Assembly (NCBI GenBank): GCA_025352065.1
Contig: JANXUC010000011.1
Span: 517 to 64,516, forward strand
Length of the DNA stretch: 64,000 nucleotides
Source: Acidobacteriaceae bacterium
GTDB lineage: Bacteria; Acidobacteriota; Terriglobia; Terriglobales; Acidobacteriaceae
Direction: 5' to 3'
Both the position numbers and the translations under genes were made by a program. The notes below the pieces were generated by a model. It ran no database searches. It was not told the origin of the DNA and saw only the letters and a program-made list of their open reading frames with translations. This document shows, one piece after another, positions 59,295 to 64,000 of the stretch (position 1 is its first letter; every line of letters starts with the position of its first letter).

Positions 59295-59903
59295 TTATCT
59301 CGACGGGGCCGCTGCTGGCGCCGCCTGTGCTGGAGGATTAAAGTTCACCTTCGGAGCCGTCCGCGATCCTTCATCCGCCTTAAAGTAAGCGTCATTCCTC
59401 TTGAATCCGGACATGCCCGCCACAATGCTGTTGGGGAATAACTGAACGCTGGTGTTGTAGTCTTGCAGAACGTCGTTGTAGGCGCGGCGTTCCTGAGCAA
59501 TGCGGTTTTCCGTTCCGGCCAGCTCATCCTGCAAACGCATAAAGTTTTCGTTGGATTTCAACTGCGGATAATTTTCGGTAATCACCAGCAAGCGGCTTAT
59601 CGCGGAATCCAGCGACCCGTTGGCTGCAATCTTATCGGAGGGCGTTTTGGCGCCGATCAAAGCGGATCGCGCTTTTGCGATTTCCGTGAAGATGGTGGTT
59701 TCCTGCGCGGCATAACCTTTTACGGTTTCCACCAGGTTCGGAATCAGGTCAGCGCGGCGTTGCAGTGCAATGTCCACCTGCGACCAGGCGGCGTTCACAG
59801 CTTCGTGTTTGGTCACCAGTGTGTTCTTGATGCCGATGAAGGAGCTGCCCAGCACGAACGCGATGATCAGAAGAACTACAACAATAATTAAAGTCTTGCC
59901 CAT
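59295..59903 (-). CDS. lemA: LemA family protein
   Basis: An N-terminal TM plus the LemA signature ..AWSQVDIALQRRADLIPNLVETVKGYAAQE..LAGTENRIAQERRAYNDVLQDYN.. Confidence 0.9.
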   Translation of the reverse strand: MGKTLIIVVVLLIIAFVLGSSFIGIKNTLVTKHEAVNAAWSQVDIALQRRADLIPNLVETVKGYAAQETTIFTEIAKARSALIGAKTPSDKIAANGSLDSAISRLLVITENYPQLKSNENFMRLQDELAGTENRIAQERRAYNDVLQDYNTSVQLFPNSIVAGMSGFKRNDAYFKADEGSRTAPKVNFNPPAQAAPAAAPSR

Positions 59904-59962
59904 GTTTGTTTCACCTCGAGTGATGTTCCCAAGTGCCTGGGAGAATTTAGAAACCTACCTCT

Positions 59963-60230
59963 GGGGCTAAAGCCCAATTTTTTTCGAGTTCTGACGGCAC
60001 GACTGAAGTCGTGCCCTTCCCAAAACGTTCCATCCAAAAAATCCCATCTAAACCCTGATCTAAATTCTGATCTAAACTCTTGATCTAAACTCTTGATCTA
60101 AACTCTGATCTAAACTCTGATCTAAACTCTGATCTAAACTCTTATCCAAAACCTCCCCCAAAAGCTCTGCGGGAAGGGCACGACTTGAGTCGTGTCGCAC
60201 AACCTTCCTGTAATCGGGGCTTCAGCCCCT
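59963..60230. repeat. Composite element: two inverted 59-nt arms flanking a 12/13-nt tandem array
   Basis: The left arm (59963-60021) and right arm (60171-60229) are inverted copies. Each contains a GGGGCT[A/G]AAGCCC(C) mini-hairpin and a GGCACGAC-TGAA-GTCGTGCC hairpin next to CTTCCC. Between them are seven copies of TGATCTAAA(C/T)TC(T) (60056-60142) plus degenerate end copies. Confidence 0.85.
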
Positions 60231-60281
60231 GAGGGATGATCTTGTATTTCCAACAACGAACAGTTTCACTGCGTTCCAATA

Positions 60282-61022
60282 TCATTTCTTTACCCGCTGC
60301 CACTCTCTTTTGGGCAGCCACTGGTCCAGCTGTACCGTTATTGTTTCCAGCGCTTCCAGATATTTTCCATAAATAGAGCTCACGCTGCCCAGTGGGTCTC
60401 CCGCTCCGCGCAGTTCCATCACGGCCTGTAGCCCCGTAGTGTCAACCTGCAGTAACTTCTTTACCTGATGCAATAATTCCCGACGGTCCGCTGCGGGTTC
60501 GTGTTCCATCGCAATCAACGTATGCCGCAACAGCGTGGCCACGCTGGAAAACGATTTTGCCAGTACAGTACGCAACGCCGCTTGTTCCGACGGTCCATGC
60601 AGGTAGTGCTGACGCAATTTCTGAATCACCGTGCGCAGTTCATGCTCCACTTGCACGCGATGCAGGTTCATTGGGACGGGAATGTCGGCGATTATCTCAG
60701 CCCCGTACAGCACTCGATGTGCACGCTGCATGTCGAGCAACTCCACCGCAAATACATCTGCGGATTCGCGCAATTCTCTGGCTGTGAAAACCAACGGTGA
60801 GCGCTGCTTTTGCCCTTGCGACCACCACTGCACCAGGGCTGCCAGTTTCTCCAATTCCGTGCGCGCAGCGGATCGAACAATCAAAAGCAGATTTACATCT
60901 GAGAATGGAGGCTGCGCGTCGCCGCGAACCGTCGAACCGTAAAGCACCACGGATTCCAGGTTGGGTCCCGCCGCATTCTTCGCCAGAGTTACGAATTGTT
61001 GTAACAGTTCTTCTTGTGCCAT
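60282..61022 (-). CDS. Nucleotidyltransferase-domain protein with helical C-terminal domain (KNTase-like architecture)
   Basis: The minimal NTase motif is LYGSTVRGDAQPPFSDVNLLLIV (GSxxxG..SDxD/N). The C-terminal helical half contains an Rx4H string (RQHYLH). The ATG at 61022 avoids the Gly-codon repeat overlap of the track ORF (61157). Confidence 0.7.
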   Translation of the reverse strand: MAQEELLQQFVTLAKNAAGPNLESVVLYGSTVRGDAQPPFSDVNLLLIVRSAARTELEKLAALVQWWSQGQKQRSPLVFTARELRESADVFAVELLDMQRAHRVLYGAEIIADIPVPMNLHRVQVEHELRTVIQKLRQHYLHGPSEQAALRTVLAKSFSSVATLLRHTLIAMEHEPAADRRELLHQVKKLLQVDTTGLQAVMELRGAGDPLGSVSSIYGKYLEALETITVQLDQWLPKREWQRVKK

Positions 61023-61035
61023 AAAAGGCTGCTCC

Positions 61036-61851
61036 CTACCAGCTCCCCGAGGCTCCGCCGCCGCCACTGCTGCCGCCGCCGAATCCGCCAAATCCACCGC
61101 CAAATCCGCCCGAGCTGCCGCCGAATCCGCCGCCACCATCGCTCCGGCCACCGCCACTGTTCAGCAGCAACGGCAATATCCACCAGAGTCCGCCACCCCC
61201 GCCGCCAACGCCGGGCCCGCCGCCGCGTCCCGCATGGGATAGAGCCTTCAGCACCAGAAACACCACAAATATGATCGCAAAGATTGCGATCGGGCTAATG
61301 GAATTGTCGCCTCTATCGCTTCGCGGACGATATCGGGGCAAGCCGGTCAGCTTCACACCGCGATCCGCCGCGATCAGGCTTGCGACTTGAGCGACCGCCT
61401 GCTCCACCGCACCGCTGGTGTCCCCTCGGCGTAGCAGAGGAACCATGCTGCGACCGATATCCCCAGCCTTGGCGTCGACAATGATTGCTTCCAGGCCGTA
61501 TCCGACTTCAATGCGATACTTCCGATCATTTGGAGCGAGCAACACCAGAATGCCGCGCTTGTCTTTCTTTTCGCCAACGCCAAGAGCCTTGAAAAGATCG
61601 TGGGCGTAGTTGTCCACATCCTGGTTGTCCAGAGACTTCACCGTGACGACGGCGATCTGCGCCCCTGTCTTTTGTTCGACTTCCGTGCACAAGGCTTCTA
61701 TGCGTTCGGTCGTGGCGGAGTCCACAACCCCTGCCAAATCCGTGATATAGCCCGTCGGATGGATGGACGCAATCTTGTCCGCCGCCAGCCCCACGGGGAG
61801 CGCCAGAACAAGAAGGCCCAACAAAGCGTATTTGCGAAGCCACAGACGCAC
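61036..61851 (-). CDS. TPM-domain protein (YgcG-like) with TM segment and Gly-rich tail
   Basis: A signal peptide, then the TPM domain (YITDLAGVVDSATTERIEALCTEVEQKTGAQIAVVTVKSL), a TM segment and the C-terminal GGGFGGSSGGFGGGFGGFGGG tail. Confidence 0.88.
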   Translation of the reverse strand: MRLWLRKYALLGLLVLALPVGLAADKIASIHPTGYITDLAGVVDSATTERIEALCTEVEQKTGAQIAVVTVKSLDNQDVDNYAHDLFKALGVGEKKDKRGILVLLAPNDRKYRIEVGYGLEAIIVDAKAGDIGRSMVPLLRRGDTSGAVEQAVAQVASLIAADRGVKLTGLPRYRPRSDRGDNSISPIAIFAIIFVVFLVLKALSHAGRGGGPGVGGGGGGLWWILPLLLNSGGGRSDGGGGFGGSSGGFGGGFGGFGGGSSGGGGASGSW

Positions 61852-61953
61852 TAAGATCCACCCAAGCTGGTCGGTAGCCCTTTATACGTGGCGCGTACCG
61901 TCTCTGTAAAGTCGGCAGGCCGGACGGGGCTGCTAGAATCGCAAAACATCCTC

Positions 61954-62919
61954 ATGCTTGGGAAATCTATTTTCGGGGTAGGCGCACGCGCGCGCTTGTC
62001 GATTGTTCTCGGTCTGCTGATGGTTGCGATCCTTCCACCGGCAGCTGTCGCCAAATCCGCGCGGGCCATCAAGGTCGAATGGCAGCCAGCGAAGCCTCTC
62101 ACGGGCGCAGCCTGCCTGCTCAAGGTAACCGCTCCCGCGAGGTTGGAAGAACTGCACGGCAAATGGCTTGATCATGAAATTCAGTTTGATTCGATAGACG
62201 GTGGGCGCACCTGGGTAGCCCTCGCGGGTGTTAGTTTAGCGACGAAGCCGGGGAAGTACCCGCTCGATCTCGATGGCAAGGAAGTCCCCGCCCCGTCGCA
62301 AAAAGCGCGACAACGACAAGGCACGCAAGGCGACTTAACTCTCTCCAAGAAGGTTCCAGTCTTTGCCTTGAAGCGGAAAGTGATTCAGGAAAAACAGCTG
62401 GAAGTAGAGAAAAAGTACGTTGCTCCCGATCCCGAAACGCTGAAGCGCGTCGCGCAGGAAAAGGAAATGAAGACCGAGGCTTACAGTAAGAGCAGCCCGC
62501 GCGCGCTGTGGTCAGGCGCGTTTGCTCGCCCACTCGATTCGGTGGTTACAGAAGCGTTTGGCGTTCGCCGCGTTTTCAATGCCGACCTCCACAGAGACCA
62601 CCTCGGCGTCGACTTCCGTGCTACGCCGGGTACGCCTGTCCTAGCCGCGAATTCCGGAACCGTCCTGTTGGCTCGCGAGCTGTTTTATGAGGGGAATTGC
62701 GTCATCCTCGATCACGGGCAGGGCTTGGTCACGATTTACATGCATTTTTCCAAACTGGCCGTGAAAGAAGGAGACCACGTCGAGCATCTGCAAAAACTTG
62801 GCGAATCCGGTGCCACCGGCCGCGTGACTGGCCCTCATCTGCACGTAAGCCTGCAATGGAAAGGTGTTCCGCTGGACTTGCTCTCCCTGACCGTTCTGAA
62901 GCTCCCTGAATTTCAGTAA
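61954..62919 (+). CDS. M23 family metallopeptidase
   Basis: HxxxD (HLGVDF) and HxH (GPHLHVSL) motifs, plus the segment GNCVILDHGQGLVTIYMHFSKL. The start is uncertain (GTG at 61888 in the track). Confidence 0.88.
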   Translation: MLGKSIFGVGARARLSIVLGLLMVAILPPAAVAKSARAIKVEWQPAKPLTGAACLLKVTAPARLEELHGKWLDHEIQFDSIDGGRTWVALAGVSLATKPGKYPLDLDGKEVPAPSQKARQRQGTQGDLTLSKKVPVFALKRKVIQEKQLEVEKKYVAPDPETLKRVAQEKEMKTEAYSKSSPRALWSGAFARPLDSVVTEAFGVRRVFNADLHRDHLGVDFRATPGTPVLAANSGTVLLARELFYEGNCVILDHGQGLVTIYMHFSKLAVKEGDHVEHLQKLGESGATGRVTGPHLHVSLQWKGVPLDLLSLTVLKLPEFQ

Positions 62920-63040
62920 GCTGCCTGTCTTCAGCGGCTTCCGAGCCAATGCTCCTCCAGAATTGTGCAAAGAACTGCGGAACGCTCTTGTCCGGCTGGA
63001 TCAAATGCTTCTAAGTCGAATGCTTTCAGCTATTTACAGT

Positions 63041-63056
63041 TGGCAGCGAGGTTGCT
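63041..63056 (+). promoter_or_regulatory. Sigma-54 (-24/-12) promoter
   Basis: TGGCAGCGAGGTTGCT matches TGGCAC-N5-TTGCW, with the GG and GC dinucleotides at exact consensus spacing. It lies 34 nt upstream of the 63090 ATG. Confidence 0.6.
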
Positions 63057-63089
63057 TCAACGAGGGCAGGATGGATGGGAGATAAAGTC

Positions 63090-63404
63090 ATGAAAGCGAT
63101 CATCTTTGCGGTGTGTTTTCTGTGCAGCACAGCGGCGTTTGCACAAGTTGGAGGTTCGAGCATCAGCGGTCGGTCACAGCCACTCAGTTTTGACTACAAC
63201 GTGCAGCATGCGAGCCGTCAGGCTCTGGCGGAACCGCAGAATCTTATGGATAGCTCAGCTGCAACCTATACCTACGGCCGAGGCGAACGCCCCCTCTGGG
63301 AAGTCGCAGAGGAAAAGCATGAAGTGCCTCTAGGAGACTCCGCCCGTGCCCTTCGCAAGGAGCACGAGGTAGTCAAGAAGTCTGCCAAAGTTTGGAGCAA
63401 CTAG
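63090..63404 (+). CDS. Small secreted hypothetical protein
   Basis: GGGAGA RBS and signal peptide MKAIIFAVCFLCSTAAFAQ. The track ORF starts at the ATG at 63075. Confidence 0.65.
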   Translation: MKAIIFAVCFLCSTAAFAQVGGSSISGRSQPLSFDYNVQHASRQALAEPQNLMDSSAATYTYGRGERPLWEVAEEKHEVPLGDSARALRKEHEVVKKSAKVWSN

Positions 63405-63448
63405 CTTTTAATCAAAGAGTTGAGGCCGCACCGAAGATAACGACTGAA

Positions 63449-63473
63449 GCCCGGGCACACCCCTTGCCCGGGC
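63449..63473. terminator. GC-rich hairpin between convergent genes
   Basis: GCCCGGGCA-CACCCCT-TGCCCGGGC. No clear U-tract, so it may be REP-like rather than a terminator. Confidence 0.4.
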
Positions 63474-63493
63474 ATCGTGGAAGCCCGCTGAAG

Positions 63494-63826
63494 CTATCCG
63501 TGCCCTGCGCTTGCCACGCAGTATTGCAGCTTCAAATCGCTCCACGGAGAAGGCTGATTGGCCGCCCGGCGCAATCCCATGTGCCCGGCCTGCGGCGTTC
63601 CTGAAGACCCCAGCCACATCACAGTGTAAGCCGTGGTTTGACCTTCGTATTGCAGTTCAATCGTGTCGCCCGGACGCAGATGATGCGTCATACCCTGCAA
63701 AAGCGCCCCCGTGTCACTCAAATTTAACGCGGAAACGGAAGCCTGAAACGGCCTCGATTTGGCATCCATGCCCCAGATGCGAACCGGAATACCTGATGTG
63801 ATACGAGACTGGCGGCGACGATCCAT
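63494..63826 (-). CDS. PilZ domain protein
   Basis: RRRQSR (RxxxR) and NLSDTG (D/NxSxxG) motifs in a 110-aa protein. Confidence 0.8.
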   Translation of the reverse strand: MDRRRQSRITSGIPVRIWGMDAKSRPFQASVSALNLSDTGALLQGMTHHLRPGDTIELQYEGQTTAYTVMWLGSSGTPQAGHMGLRRAANQPSPWSDLKLQYCVASAGHG

Positions 63827-63967
63827 AGCACGCTCCCCGATTTCTGGTAACTACTCTCGCGATAGTAGGGAAGTGTTTGGGGATCAACAACTTACGCCCG
63901 TCACCGAGGGCAGGTGACTGACGTGGTGGCACGCCGTCTAAGTAGAAGAAGCGGAGGAAGTTGCCCA

Positions 63968-63992
63968 TGTGGCGCGGACACTCTTGTCCGCG
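63968..63992. repeat. REP-like palindrome, family 1 (second full copy)
   Basis: A 25-nt string identical to 37199-37223. Confidence 0.8.
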
Positions 63993-64000
63993 TGTTGGGA

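Noticed and set aside
60056-60142. The tandem 12/13-nt repeats considered as a CRISPR array.
   Set aside because: The units are contiguous with no spacers and far shorter than CRISPR repeats, and no cas genes are present. This is a simple tandem (minisatellite-like) array.
60961-61274. Several overlapping ORFs on both strands over the 3' end of the TPM gene (including the 5' extension of the NTase ORF to 61157).
   Set aside because: They arise from the GGC/GCC-rich codon repeats that encode the Gly-rich tail of the TPM protein. The NTase has a clean ATG at 61022 just after the TPM stop.

Overview
A 64-kb chromosomal segment, about 57-58% GC by eye. Gene content suggests an Acidobacteriota (Terriglobia-like) genome: a TonB receptor with a carboxypeptidase-regulatory-like N-terminus, a 1060-aa BNR/sortilin-like protein, PilZ/HDOD proteins and characteristic REP palindromes. 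This taxonomic call is an inference. I can support about 50 intact CDS, 3 tRNAs (Ala-GGC, Pro-TGG, His-GTG), 2 type II toxin-antitoxin pairs (MazEF-like, VapBC-like), several REP-like palindrome families, one strong sigma-54 promoter and a few intrinsic terminators. There is no CRISPR array, rRNA, integrase or transposase. Main blocks, in order: (1) dnaJ 3' end, tRNA-Ala and a gene-decay patch; (2) a chemosensory cluster cheA-cheW-mcp-cheB-cheR-HDOD with convergent cheY-cheX; (3) an FHA-GAF sigma-54 activator translationally coupled to an L,D-transpeptidase; (4) lhr helicase; (5) housekeeping and envelope genes (kdsC, PBP1A, proS, kdsD, msrB, bactofilin); (6) ABC-F ATPase, TonB receptor, recQ; (7) glnD; (8) a tyrosine/homogentisate catabolic operon (lrp | hppD-hmgA-unknown-fahA); (9) a TPM / nucleotidyltransferase / LemA cluster interrupted by a composite repeat element. 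The most interesting observations are these: an uncharacterised gene sits in the maleylacetoacetate-isomerase slot of the homogentisate operon; a 268-bp element has two inverted 59-nt arms around a 12/13-nt tandem array; hmgA has no canonical start codon in front of its conserved N-terminus; a UDP-glucose-dehydrogenase paralogue lacks the catalytic Cys; an orphan terminator-bounded structured region may be an sRNA. At least seven truncated or frameshifted gene remnants are present, several next to tRNA genes. No database search or computation was possible, so all family calls rest on motifs read from the translations.
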